DNA of 64,000 nucleotides from NCBI GenBank assembly GCA_009914755.4, contig CP068257.2:23168001-23232000 (forward strand), read 5' to 3'. Position numbers and translations under genes: made by a program. Position 1 is the stretch's first letter, and each line of letters begins with the position of its first letter. Below the pieces are notes generated by a model. The model was given only the letters and a program-made list of their open reading frames with translations. It searched no databases and had not been told where the DNA came from. The DNA comes from the human T2T-CHM13v2.0 reference genome, Homo sapiens. Positions 38,598-52,716 of this stretch are shown piece after piece.

Positions 38598-38896
38598 TTT
38601 TTTTGTTTGTTTTGTTTTGTGAGACAGAGTTTCGCTCTTTCACCCAGGATAGAGTGCAGTGGCACGATCTTGGCTCACTGCAACGTCCTCCTTCTGGTTT
38701 CAAGCGATTCTCCTGCCTCAGCTTCCCGGCTGGGATTACAGGTGCCCACCACCACGCCTGGCCAATTTTTATATCTTTAGTAGAGACGCAGTTTCACCAT
38801 GTTGGCCAGGCTGGTCTCGAACTCCTGACCTCATGATCTGCCTGTCTCGGCCTCCCAAAGTGCTGAGATTACAGGCGTGAGCCACCGCACTGGGCC
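38598..38896 (-). mobile_element. Alu SINE (antisense) with 13-bp TSD
   Basis: The TSD is 'gaggtattccatc' at 38586-38598 and 'gaggcattccatc' at 38898-38910. The body begins 'gagacagagtttcgctctttcacccaggatagagtgcagtggcacgatcttggctcactgcaa..'. Confidence 0.95.
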
Positions 38897-41143
38897 AGAG
38901 GCATTCCATCATTTAGGGGTTTCTCTTCTTCAAGTATACTTCCCTTCCTGGTAGCCCTCTACAAAGAGTCAGACGTCCTAAAGAATCATTTTCTCCTTTC
39001 CAAAAACAACTCGTCTCTAGAACACTTGGTCAGTGCCCACTTAGTATACAGCATATTGTAGATTGAGTTCATAAACCTGCTTTGCCAGAATGTGCTGTCA
39101 GCATTCTTTGCATCAGAAGACCAAACTTAGATTTGTTATGTTCGGAAAGAGAATAATATATCATAAATTTAAAATACTGATAATTCTCTATAGAACATGT
39201 TTATGTACAAAATATAGGCAAAATTCTTATCTGTTAAAAGGGTGATTACTATATGATCACAATATTCTTCGATAATATGATCAGATTTGTCTTCTCAAAA
39301 TGTCATAAAGTAATATTTCAAAAAGCATTCTCAAAACAGGTAGGCCACAGTCTGCTAAATAAAAGGAAAAGAAACCAGTGTATATTCATTAACAAGTAGG
39401 TATTCCTTGAATGAATATATTTTTGGCTTTTTACTCTTTTTAGTGTTGCTTTTGCTTCTCTGGACACTTCCCCCTATAAAATGATTAGTTGCCATGCTCA
39501 GATGTCATGTGTTGAATCTGAGACAAGAGTTGCCAAAGTATATTGAAATAGAATCAGACATTCAAAAAGACCAGCCACCTCTTTAGTGATAGCTCCAAGA
39601 CACTATTATTTTGATACTGAATTTTCTGCATCCACCCAAGATAAAAATGTTTAAACCTATGTTAATAATGTAACTTAAACATTAAGAATTGTTTTGGAAT
39701 GCCAATTCATCTCCTTTATGTGCATCGAAGAGATTAAGTTACCTAAGATGCTTTATTTTGGAGGATACAAATATGCTGATTGCAGCAGAATCTGCCCTGG
39801 AAAGAATGTAAATAACATAGTGAATGGTGAACTCAGTGCACTGCATTTATCTTCTAGATTCATTATCAAAGTGTCCTTTGAGTTTAACTTTTTTCATTTA
39901 AAAAATGAAGACCAATACACTAAGGAAGCATTTTGTTTTCAGAAGTGATACATTGGACAATTCTTATGTAGGAATTAATTAAGTAAAATGTCTTCAAGTG
40001 AACAATTGGTTCAATCACCAGATGAATTCAGAAATGTTTCTCTGAAGGCAGACCTATTATATTTTCACCTTTAGGCACCAGGGGGTAACATGTCTTATTA
40101 ATGCCTATATTAAAATTGATCTGCTTCCATAGGTATAGTACCAAATAGACAGCTCATCAAATAAAATGAATGCTTTTAAAAGGATTTTATACATAGTTAT
40201 GCATTTTCAAAAAACAAATTTCCATTTTGATGCAGGAAAATGAGGAAATTTAAATACACTGAATCATTTTGCTAGCTAGAAGACAGCAATTTAAATCATT
40301 ATTATTGGGAAAATACCAGATATGATTATATTATAAAAAGCTACTTAGCAAATAGCATCAGTTATACATTATAAGGATGAATTTTATGTGATTTTCCTTA
40401 TAGAGATCGTGCTTTTTTTCTATAGATAAATGCAATATTAAGGTTGGAAATTTGACTTACCCAGCATGTATTGTTTAAAGAGATAGATTCGTGCGTTCCA
40501 AATCCAATTTAAATAATGCATAAATTGTAACACTAACAGATAAGCTTGGTTTTCCTAAAATATCAGGATCAAGCAGACAAACCCTGTCTGGTTGTAACTT
40601 GATCAGTCATCTCTATGCTGTGGCTTGTATTCATCTGCTGGAGACATCTATGTGATATCCTCAAATAATTACAGACGTTTGTAGAAATTACATAGACTGT
40701 ACACCAGAAAAAGGCAGTGTTCATAATTTGTTAACTGACGAATAAGATAAAATCTCAGACTCTTCATCGTTCTTGACAATTTTGGCAGTGGACATGTGAT
40801 AGTGACAGATGTGTTCTGAAGAAGAGAACTAAGGTCCTTGAGGACGGATTGAGAGGATTTGAGGGAAGCCTGTGTAAGTTATGGTGAAAATGACAAATTG
40901 TATGGTCAACAGCTCTATAAGTGGTCCTCCATTTTATTGCCTATAATCAAGGATGAATTGGATGGGTGATTGCAGAATAAAATACTGAATAGCATCTGGT
41001 TATTACTAACTCCTCTGGGGAGGGAGAGTTACTCATTAACTGGCAGGCAGCCTCTGGTCCACCTCACTTTAACAACTAGTATTAAATCTGTGCAAGGTGG
41101 ATAGAAAATCTAAATTCTTACAAGGTGGATAGAAAATCTAAAT

Positions 41144-41680
41144 CCATTACTGGGTATATACCCAAAGGACTATAAATCATGCTGCTATAAAGACACATGC
41201 ACACGTATGTTTATTGCGGCACTATTCACAATAGCAAAGACTTGGAACCAACCCAAATGTCCAACAATGATAGACTGCATTAAGAAAATGTGGCACATAT
41301 ACACCATGGAATACTATGCAGTCATAAAAAAGGATGAGTTCATGTCCTTTGTAGGGACATGGATGAAATTGGAAATCATCATTCTCAGTAAACTATCGCA
41401 AGGACAAAAAACCAAACACCACATGTTCTCACTCGTAGGTGGGAATTGAACAGTGAGAACACATGGACACAGGAAGGGGAACATCACACTCTGGGGACTG
41501 TTGTGGGGTGGGGGGAGGGGGAGGGATAGCATTAGGAGATATACCTAATGCTAAATGACGAGTTAATGAGTGCAGCACAGCAGCATGGCACATGTATACA
41601 TATGTAACTAACCTGCACATTGTGCACATGTACCCTAAAACTTAAAGTATAATAATAATAAAATAAAATAAAAAAAGAAA
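41144..41680 (+). mobile_element. L1 (young L1PA-like) 3' ~540 bp, sense; ORF2p C-terminus (ORF 41207-41449) plus 3' UTR and A-rich tail
   Basis: The copy reads 'ccattactgggtatatacccaaaggactataaatcatgctgctataaagacacatgcacacgtatgtttattgcggcactattcacaatagcaaagacttggaaccaacccaaatgtccaacaatgatagactg..aaaccaaacaccacatgttctcactcgtaggtgggaattgaacagtgagaacacatggacacaggaagggg..taaagtataataataataaaataaaataaaaaaa'. The ORF is 'MFIAALFTIAKTWNQPKCPTMID.IKKMWHIYTMEYYA.IKKDEFMSFVGTWMKLE.IILSKLSQGQKTKH.MFSL.GGN', which is L1 ORF2p. Confidence 0.95.
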
Positions 41681-44017
41681 ATCTAAATTCTTTTCAGATG
41701 CAGTTTACAGAGATGCACACCAACTCTGGACAGAAAAAGAAGTAATTTACAACTACTCTGTGCAGAAAACAGGCAAATTATTAAATTTCCACTGGTTCTC
41801 TTTGGAAAAGTAAAGGGTGTAATGCTTATAAAGGAAAAATGGCAATAGCTGGGACATCTTAGGGCTTAGACCTTCCTACACTTCTTAGAGTTGTTGGGAT
41901 GAGACAGTAAAAGATCTCAGACTGCCTGTACAGTAGGTCTTAACTGTAATAATGGATCTTTGGCTCTCTAGGAGATAGTTCCTTCAAAGAGATGAATTCC
42001 CATGGGAAAAAAATATCAATGAAACGTTAACTAGTACCAAGGTTTTTATAGCCTTAGATTGGGTTTACGTAGCTGTGACTTCATCCCGCTGCAGAATGTG
42101 AAACAAACAATCTAGGTATATTTTTTTGTGTTTATCCTTGTGTGCCATGGAAAACTTCACTAGATACTATGTAGAGAACTGGGAAGAATTATAGAGATGT
42201 TATCTTAGTAATGGTGCAGGAGATGCTGTGGATTTAGGTGTACTCCTTAAAGGAGTCATGGTTGTGTGAGTCAAACTTGAATCATTCAGAGGGAGAACAT
42301 CCACTGGCCCCAACCCAGAAAGCAGTGTGACTGGCACTGTTGAGAGAAGGGATTCTCAAAACTGCCATAGATAGTGTCAGTCATGATATTCTCACAGCCT
42401 GATGGACCAGACACATTTAAAGTCTGTTTGATTGAGGCATTGGAAACTGAAAGCAAATGTACCTTGCCTGTTAGCTGCAAGCCACTCTCTACTGATGTGA
42501 TCATCTTCTACCCTAGCCTCAGATGCTTTAAGAAAGATGAATAGAACTGGGACCAAGATGCCTCTGTCTCCAAAGAAAAATTAAAATGACATGCACACAT
42601 TCAAGTTTGCAGGGAAACTTTGACCCTGGAATCTAGAACCCTGTAGGTAAGCTACAGCAGACCACTGAATGTGCTACACTGTGAAACATTTCAGTGAATT
42701 ATGTATGAGTATTTATGCAAATGCATGTCTGGGGCAATATATAATATAGCCCATTTTCCATGCTGGTTATGTGACGTGTTGAGTACAAGTTGTAGGAAGG
42801 ACCTTTCAAAGCTTCTTTCTACCCTAATTATCTTATTAACTTTGCCTCAGTTCCCAATTCCTAAGCACCATGATACCTATCTTCCTTTAATCTTTCTTCT
42901 CACTATGTATTTTCCAGGATTGAGACTATGTTATAATTCTCTAGTTTCAACCCTTTCTTAAGTGATGTAGGTATTTTTCATGGCATTTTGCCTGTCCAAG
43001 TATTTAGCTGATGCTTAACCCATTGACTTGACATATCCTTGCTCACATAAAGATATAGACAGAGTCTTCTACTACTACCCGTCTCTTTCCCCACGGAACA
43101 GTTCCTCTGTACATCCCCTTAGGTAAAATGATCAAAATATGAGAAGGAGAGACAAAGTGTGGTTAGCATGAGTAAACCACATTAATACAGAGAGAACATT
43201 TGACTGCGTCAATTTTGCTCTATATGCTTTTTGTAAGTATATTTACCAGCCTTGTTGAGACCAAAATTTGGGCCAAAAATATAAGTACCTGGCTGTTAAA
43301 GCTGAGAGGGAACTATGTAGCATAATTATAACACTCTGAAAAGAAAAAATTTGAAGATGCTCATTTTGATTATGTTTAAAAACTCCAATCATGGATATAA
43401 AATTCCTAATTTGCCTACCGGATGAACAAGTAGTACATCCTTGTATTTGTATAGCATCTGTTTCCATGGAATATAAGTAGTAAATGTTAGCTACAGAATA
43501 TATATATGCAGATTTGAGTATAAAAAATATCTTTTACAAATAACATTTTATTTCCATTTTAGTAATAGCCCCAAACTCAGTCAGAAGTGCAACAGTATTT
43601 TGGCTGAGGGCCTGTTTGTTGTAGGAAAACAGGGCTATTTTCCTCCTATTCATAACATGCTTTTTCTTCTATTCAATTCACAGTGTGTTTCATTTTTAGG
43701 AAAATTCATTTTGGAGAATTTTCCTTATTCTCCATTGCTTCACTATATCAATCTATGTGAATGACATTGATTTCTTAGGGGGAAACACTTCCCATCAAGG
43801 TACATTTGGTTTACACATAACCAGCAGAAGCAGAAAGGAAAAAAAAACAGTCTGATGATATTTAGAAGTAAACAAACTTTACTTAATTTACAGGAACCCC
43901 TACTTAGTTTAATGTGACAGACAATAATGAGGAAAAATATTCTTGTTCATTGTCAGCTCGTTTAGATGTATCTGCGTTGAATTTCAGAAATGAACATACT
44001 TTAGGCTCTAAGTGTAA

Positions 44018-44453
<436 letters not shown>

Positions 44454-45404
44454 TAAACTTCATTTTTAATGGCCCGCATAAGTGACTCTTTCTTCCCAGA
44501 CCATTAAAAATAGTAATAATAGGGAAATAGAAGCAAGAAAGGAGGTCATTCATAAGTTAAAAATTAAATAAAAATGAAATACATCCCTGAAAAAAAAATG
44601 CTGGGAAACACAGAGACTTTGAAGACTAAAAAAAAAACAGCTTCCTCTTTCTCTTGAAGTATTATCTCTTGAATTTGCCTACCATTCATCTGATAGCACC
44701 CAAGGATTTTTTTCTAAAATATGAAAGTTTCAGTAGTATTGAAGCACTACCCTAACTCTCAATGTTTTAGAAAATAAACGAGGATTGATTTCTTCTTCTA
44801 AGTTACCTTAAAAAAAAGAAAAATTGATAAACCAAGAGGATTGAGTTGAGGCATAAAGAGATTTCAAGAAACACTAACTCAGTCTTACCAGAGTCATTAG
44901 CAGATTTCTTCTTTTTTTTTTTTTAATTTGGGTAACTGCTTGTCCCTGGTAGAGTTGGGTACAGCTACATTCTATTGCAACAACAAATGCAAGGACAAAC
45001 ATGGTGATTAAGGTAAAAACATAGAACTCAGAGTTTGCTGGTGCATTGTCTTCACAGAGCAATAGTTACTACAAACCTATCACCATCGGTTATATCATCA
45101 AAAGATCACAAGTGATTACAGGTAAAGTTCTCATCGATAAAGGCAATAACATGAGTTCAAATATGGGTCAGATATCAGAGAGATTCCATATCAACAAAAA
45201 AAAATAATATGTGGTGACTTTAGAATATGATTGCAAATTACTTGACAGTCTTCTCATTAAGACTGTCATCTCCTAAAATCTGGTGGGCTAGTACTATTTC
45301 AACCATTTGAGTATAACTGAAGTTATGCCGGATGATTGTTTTAGTTGACTATGGTATTGCCATAATATAATACCACAGAGTGGATGGCTTAAACAACAGA
45401 AATT

Positions 45405-45745
45405 TATTTTTTCTTTTAGTTCTGGAGGCTAGAACTCCAAAATAAGTTGCCAGCAGATTTGGCTTTTCCAGAGGTTTCTCTCCTTGGTTGCAGACAGCTG
45501 CTTCTTTCTTTCTGTGTCTTTCTTTGGCCTTTCCTTGGTATTTGTCCTTCCCTAGTGTCTCTTCTTCCTATAAAGACATCACTCATAGTGGATTAGGACC
45601 CCACCATTAGGTTCTGGTTTAACCTTAATTACTTCTTTAAAGGTGCTATTTCCAAATGCAGTCATATTGAGTGTTAGGGCTTCAACATATAAATTGGTTG
45701 GGGGCAGAGAGGTGCACTTCAGCTCTTAACAATGACTTTTGAAGC
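45405..45745 (+). mobile_element. ERVL-MaLR MLT1-type LTR fragment
   Basis: The fragment reads 'ttctggaggctagaactccaaaataagttgccagcagatttggcttttccagagg..ttcttcctataaagacatcactcatagtggattaggaccccaccattaggttctggtttaaccttaattacttctttaaaggtgctatttccaaatgcagtcatattgagtgttagggcttcaacatataaattggttgggggcagagaggtgc'. It shows the classic MLT1 motifs. Confidence 0.8.
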
Positions 45746-46586
45746 TAGGTTATAACAGATTGCACGACCTCCAATTTTAATGCTGGAAAATTTAATTTCA
45801 TAGCCTTGAGTTGTCATTTAAAATATTAAAGTACCTTGAGACTACATGCTGTGAAAAAACAAAAGTTGTCTGTGGGGGGCAATGCAGAGAGCAGCCATTC
45901 CATGTTTTAAATGAGACTTGAAGTATACATACAGATACATAGATAGGTTCCATGGATGTGAATATGTTGCATCATCAAGTTATTGACTTTTTACTTTCTA
46001 CCCCTTGGGACTATAGTTGCAGTGTCTGGATCAGAGAATAATGTAATATTGAATTTGAAAGTGAATGTACGAAGAAATGAACATGTGAATGCTGGAATGT
46101 CCCAAGACTTGGTTCTCAGTCTCTTCTCAATGTACAAGTGTATCTCATTATTATTCCCAGTTATTTAAGTTGTGGCAGATTACATAACTGGAGGCAATTA
46201 AGCCAAATTTGAACACATCTGTAGGATCTCAAAGCTCACTGTCTAATGCATGTATCGATAATCTCTCATTTTCAAGTATATCTCCAAATGGACATATAAA
46301 AATAATATATTTATGTAACTACTGTAAAATATATGTGACTTTTGGAAGCAATAAGGATGATCAGAAAACACAGCTTCAAGTAGCTCCAATTGCAAGCTTT
46401 ACCACATATGATCTTTGTGGCTTTGAGCTTCTACAGACATTGCTTCTTTAATAGGCAAAATGAGACTATTAATACCTTCCTGGAAGATTGGTTAAAAAAG
46501 TTAAATGATAAACGGATTCAATATATGAGAAAACATCCTAGAGTGTGTTAAGTACCATGCACATACACTATATTTTTATTATTTTA

Positions 46587-46997
<411 letters not shown>

Positions 46998-48030
46998 TCA
47001 ACACACCTTGAAAGGTATACATGATTTATGTAGCATGCTTCCTACTTGATTAAAATTTAATTAATCAGAAATAATGAAAAACATTTCATATAATGTATAT
47101 ATGCTATATGTAACATATAGCATTTTTGTTGTAACATTTATATTTATTGAAGAAATATAATTTGAACTAACTTCAAAAGTATTTTAAGTTGCTAAGGTAT
47201 TTCTTCATTATTTAAATGTATAGGAACCACAGAAAAAATATTGGATAGTATGTTGTTTGGCTTGCTTTAATCTTTGTGAAAATTCCCAGGTATTCTTTTT
47301 TAATATGGCTAGGTTTGATTATTTTGCTTGCAAAATTTTTTCATTATAATCAGTTCCACCTTTTCTGTATCCTGACATATGGTAAATAAAATATTGTTTT
47401 TACCAAAATAGGCATATAAAATAGATATAAAAGAGTAAAGACTAGTAACATAATTGTCTTTCTCTCCAATTAAAATTTGTAAAATTAAATCATCATAGAA
47501 TTTCTAAGCACAAGCTCATATTTCATTTATTTTATGAATTACAATTTACGGAGTACTATACATGTGCAACTTTGCCTATTTAAAAGCAGGTGATTTCTAT
47601 GCGCTGTCATATTAAAATTCATATTTCTTAACCTCATTTAATAAAAAGCATTCTATGTGATGTAAGTGAATCTTTAAATAGCACAACATATTACAAGGTT
47701 ACCAATGCCAAACATTTAGGGTCAGGAGTGCAACACAACATTTCCTGATGGAATAAAGTAAGAGAAAAGTCTTCTTTTATTTTCTATCTCTGTATTTTTT
47801 TAAATCTAGAATAAGGATTTATTTTATTCCTTAACACTCATTAAGAATAATGGGCTTAGCCAAAATTGCAAGAACATAAAGGAGTCAAAATTAGTTACAT
47901 GTAAAGCATTCATCTTCCTTAAAACACTTTCAGAAGGTCAATTTCAATCTATAAAAACCAGTTAAAGATTATTCAACTATGTATAACGACTTACCCTAGA
48001 GATCAATTCACTTAAAAAAAATTGTCTTTT

Positions 48031-48185
48031 GCCGGGAACAGTGGCAACACATGTAATCCTAGCACATTGGGAAGCCAAGGTAGGAGGATTACTTGAGGCC
48101 AGGAATTTGAAACCAGCCTAGGCAACAAAGCAAGACCCTGTCACTAAAAAAAAGAAAAGAAAAGAAGAAAAGAATGAAGAAGAAA
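48031..48185 (+). mobile_element. FLAM/FRAM-like free Alu monomer with A/GA-rich tail
   Basis: The monomer 'gccgggaacagtggcaacacatgtaatcctagcacattgggaagccaaggtaggaggattacttgaggccaggaatttgaaaccagcctaggcaacaaagcaagaccctgtcactaaaaaaaag' has no right monomer. Confidence 0.8.
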
Positions 48186-48487
48186 GGTTTTTTGACCCAT
48201 ATGGGCATTTCAAAGTCTTAATACTTCCAAATCTGGCTCACAAATAATGATTTGTTTACATATATATGAAAAGTCAATATAATATGTAAATTTATATATA
48301 ATATTAAAGGAACTTGAAATGTACAATGTTTGCTGTAATTATATTTATGTTTTCTTAACAGTTCTTCTCTTGTACCTCAGTTATATCCAAATATTCAGCC
48401 TACACAGGACCTTTCTTAATTTTACCTTCCTTGAACACAACTACTCAACAGCAGCTTGTTTTAAATAAGCAGCCAAATGCACAATTA

Positions 48488-48789
48488 TTTTTCTTTTTTC
48501 TTTTTTTCAGACAGGGTGTCGTCTTTGTCACCCAGGCTGAAGTGCGTAGTGTGATCAGGGCTTACTGCAGCCTTGACTTCCTGGGCTCAGATCATCCTCC
48601 CACCTCAGCCTCCCAAGTAGCTGGGACTACAAGCATGTGCCACCACACCCAGCTAGTTTTTGTATTTTTAGTAGAGATGAGGTTTCACCATGTTGCCCAG
48701 GCTGGCTTTAAAGTCCTGAGCTCAAGCATTCTGTCTGCCTCAGCATCCCAAAGTGATGGGATTACAGGCATGAGCTACCATGCCCAGCC
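48488..48789 (-). mobile_element. AluJ-like SINE (antisense)
   Basis: The copy reads 'ttttctttttttcagacagggtgtcgtctttgtcacccaggctgaagtgcgtagtgtgatcagggcttactgcagcc..cctcagcctcccaagtagctgggactacaagcatgtgccaccacacccagctagtttttgtatttttagtagagatgaggtttcaccatgttgcccaggctgg..gggattacaggcatgagctaccatgcccagcc'. Confidence 0.9.
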
Positions 48790-49019
48790 AAAATTTTTTT
48801 CTAAATGTTCATATATTATTGCCTAAGGCAATTAGCATACTTGCACGTGTGTGTGTAGATATATATGCATAAAATTATATTTCCGTGAATATTTATGGAG
48901 TGACAAGTTTCTGCTAAAATCTCAACTAGTTGTTGGGTATAAGTGATCACTATTCCCATAGCCAGAAAACTAACAATGAGGAGGCTCTCATTGAAAATAT
49001 AGTCTAATATAGATGTACG

Positions 49020-49180
49020 TATGTGTGTGTGCATGTATATATTTTTTTCTGGGAGCTAGAAGTATTACAAATATATATATATATATGATCACACACACAT
49101 ACATACATCTATATGTGCACACACACATACATACATCTATATTAGATGCATATATATATATATATATACACTCACATAAA
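49020..49180. repeat. Compound microsatellite cluster (TG)n, (TA)n, (CATA)n with an internal ~50-bp direct duplication
   Basis: The cluster reads 'atgtgtgtgtgcatgtatatat..atatatatatatatgatcacacacacatacatacatctatatgtgcacacacacatacatacatctatattagatgcatatatatatatatatatacac'. Confidence 0.9.
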
Positions 49181-50175
49181 TATACTAGTGTTCACCAGTC
49201 GTTGTCAAAATTATTTGCAATACTGTCTTCTTCCAGCCTCAGGGTCTCTGCATAGAAAGTTCCTGAGGGCTATTGTTATACCTTCTCCCTGCCCTTATCT
49301 CTTGCTTATCCTGACCCCTTCAAGTCATAGCTCGGCAACCACCTCCTTAAGACATCCTCCTATGACTCTACAGGGTATTGAAAATCACTTAACTAAGTAT
49401 TTCTTATCACATCTATAATTATATGCTTATTTGTCTGATGAATACATAAGGCATTAACTATTCAACTATTATCAGATTTTTCAAGAACTATGACAATTAG
49501 CATTTAATGAATGATTACATGTATAATGGCTTAATGCATCATTTGCTTTAATCCTCACAATGACACACCTAGGATCTGCAGAGCTAGAATTGGAACTGAA
49601 ACAGTGTCAGTCTGGAAATCACAATTCTGTATTTCTGAAAAACTTTCTTTTTTGTGAAGACATTTGTTTACATCACTGGGAAGCTATTAGTAGGGCATTA
49701 GAAGGAAACAGATTTTTTTTCAGTATAAAATATGTTTCATGTCACTCATGTATAAAGTGACGGTAGCATCCTTAAATCCCCAGGTTCTGAGTACACAGTT
49801 CCTAAGCTGATAATTGTCTGCTTTAGTTGAATATTTCTCGCGTTTTTAAAATCTCATACATAGAGAATAGATCTGTTCATTCTTCATGAGAGTAATAGCT
49901 TGTGTCTAGTTTGCTTTGTGTCACTATCTTTATCTTTTACTCTGTTTATGACACCTTCTTTGTGCCTTTTTGCCAGAGAAGCTTCTTGTTCTTCTGCTAA
50001 TTCTGTCAGCTGGGCTGATCAAATGATAATATTTGGCTAGTTCATGGCTCATTTGAAGAAGTGTTTCCTTTTTTCCCACATAGCATTTTCTTAAAAAAGA
50101 ACTTCTTGAGAATATTTTCACTGCTTGAACCTTGAAAGCCTGACTCACCACATGTGAGACAATTAAAAGTTATTA

Positions 50176-50558
50176 TTAAGAAAATGTGGTACATATACAC
50201 CATGGAATACTATGCAGCCATGGAAAAGAATGAGATCATGTCCTTTGCATGGGAGCTGGAGGCCATTGTCGTTGGCAAACTAACATAGAAACAGAAAACC
50301 AAATACCACATGTTATCACTTACAAGTGAGAGCTAAATGATGAAAACACATGAACACAGAGAGGGCAACAACACATACTGGGGCCTGTCAGAGGATGAGG
50401 GTAGGTGGAGGGAAAGGATCAGGAACTAATAAGTAATGGGTACTAGGCTTCATACCTTGGTGTTGAAATAATCTGTACAACAAACCCCAATGACAGAAGT
50501 TTACCTATGTAACAAACTTGCACATGTACCCCTGAACTTAAAATAAAAGTTAAAAAAG
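50176..50558 (+). mobile_element. L1 (L1PA/PB-like) 3' ~380 bp, sense, with probable TSD 'aaaagttat'
   Basis: The copy reads 'agaaaatgtggtacatatacaccatggaatactatgcagccatggaaaagaatgagatcatgtcctttgcatgg..ccacatgttatcacttacaagtgagagctaaatgatgaaaacacatgaacacagagagggcaacaacacatactggggcctgtcag..gtactaggcttcataccttggtgttgaaataatctgtacaacaaaccccaatgacagaagtttacctatgtaacaaacttgcacatgtacccctgaacttaaaataaaagttaaaaaag'. Confidence 0.9.
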
Positions 50559-52353
50559 TTATATAAATTTACCATTCACAGCCATTTCATAGGTTTAAAA
50601 ACATCACTCTTCAAACACAATTTTATTAAAAATTCTTGAATGACAATTTTTAGAAGTTCATGATTTATATCTCAGGTGCGAGAAACAAAACCCAAATAAA
50701 AGTGAACTAAAATTTAGAAAATATTCATTATGTCACTTAAGTTTTTAGATAGATAAATCACAGAGCTGTTCAATTTATTGTCTTAGTGACATTTTTAAAA
50801 AGTGGCTTTTCACCTTTCTGTCATCTTCAGTAAATTGGCTTAGTTCTCCTCATGAAGCTGGCCAGCATAATTCCACAATTTGCATTCATAACAGCCAACT
50901 TTGAACCGTAAAATGTCACTGAGTCTTCCTATAAATATTCTTTGATTAGCCAGAAGACCATCTCAGAAGCATCCAGTGGACTTTCTCTCTTGCTCCACTA
51001 GCTGGAAACCAAAATCATTCTCACTCCTAACTAATAATAACAAAGGAAATTAGATCATTAGGATATGTTCAAGCTTTACTAAAGACAAGAGGGCTACGTC
51101 CTCTTCTTTAAATAAACTAGGGATGAAGAGACAAAAAGGAATTTTGCCTCAAGGGATATAGGGCATAAATGGTTTTTTGGAAGGCAACCAAAAGTATACC
51201 CTAAGGTTTTTTTCAATATTTTACTGTTAAAATAATCTTCAAAAATATATGAAAATGGGTGACACATGGAGTTTTATTGTTTTGTCTTCAAATCAAAAAT
51301 GATTATAAAGCAATTGATCATAGTAATATAGTTAAACTTTAGCTATTAACCATTTTAAAAGTAGTCAAATGAAAGTAAAACCTAACTCATTTATCATCAA
51401 ACATTGAGCTGGTTGAATGTGCCAGATACTCTCAAAGTGTGAAATACTCTGACACAGAGGAATAAAACCCAGCCCCAAACCTCATGGTGGGAGCTGGCAT
51501 CATATAATAAAAGCCTCTTCAGGCAAAAATTACGTGACAGAACCAAAGAATGCTTTTTGGAAGAGGTGATATTGTAAAAGCAATGAAAGCCAAGACTTTA
51601 ATTTAAAAAAAAATGTATTCTGCCAACTAAGGAAAAAAAAAAAAGGTTCTCATTATCTAAACATTGAAGTGGAAAAAGTGTTTTGAGTCCCCAAAAGACT
51701 AAAGTTCTGATATTGTTATCACCAGATATTAAATTCATATTTATCATCCCATTCAGCAGATGAACTTAATTAGGCACTTAGAAGATGTATGGTAAAATGG
51801 GTATAATATAACAATCCAAATCAACATGGAACAAAATTAGAATTTGTGGGAAAAAGATCTAGATAATCAGACCTAATTTAAACCTGACTTAATAAATAAA
51901 GCTCGCAAACATCCCTTATATCTACATTTTAGTTCTAGAATCTATTAGGTTTGTCATGAGCACAGTGGAATATTTTGTTTGAGCACCTGAAAGCTGAAAT
52001 GTTTCATATGTGCCCTCTTTAAGAGACATCAGATTATGCATGAGACAAAATTAAATGGTGAAAAGATACAACAAACAAACCAAACATTTCCAAAACAGTC
52101 TTTTTCTTCAAAAGCTTGTATACATCTTTGTGTCAGATAACCTGTCACTAAGACTGTATTAGGAATTTAAAATGCCTGTAACAAGGAGGAGTGCTGCAGA
52201 CCTACATAAAAAATTCAAAGTTGATGTAAATATTTTCCTGGGAACTAGAAGTATTACAAATATAAATAAAAAATATTTTAATTACAAAGTTTAGAGTATT
52301 TGTTCTGTTAAAATACCATAAAATACACATTGTTATGTATTCTTAGTTTAGTA

Positions 52354-52716
52354 TGTGCTGTGGACTGAATATATGCATCTCCCTCAAATTGATACATTGA
52401 AATCTTAACTTTCGATATGATGGTATAGAAGTGAGGTCTTTAGGAGGTCACAAGTTCATTAGGAAGGAATCCTCATGAATGAGATTAAAGTCCTCATAAA
52501 AGAAAACAGAGGGAGACCCCTCACCCCTTTCTCCAAGTGAGGTTACAGTGAGAACATAGCTGTCTATGAGGAAACAGGGCACCACCAGACACTGTATCTG
52601 CCATTGCTGTGATTGTGGACTTCCCAGGCTCCAGAATTGTGAGAAATAAATTTCTGTTGTATATAATCTATTCAGTTTATAGTATTTTATTATAATAGCC
52701 TAAGCAATCTAAGACA
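52354..52716 (+). mobile_element. ERVL-MaLR solo LTR (MST/MLT1-type)
   Basis: The LTR reads 'tgtgctgtggactgaatatatgcatctccctcaaattgatacattgaaatcttaac..ggaggtcacaagttcattaggaaggaatcctcatgaatgagattaaagtcctcataaaagaaaacagagggagacccctcaccc..tggacttcccaggctccagaattgtgagaaataaatttctgttgtatataatctattcagtttatagtattttattataatagcctaagcaatctaagaca'. Confidence 0.85.
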
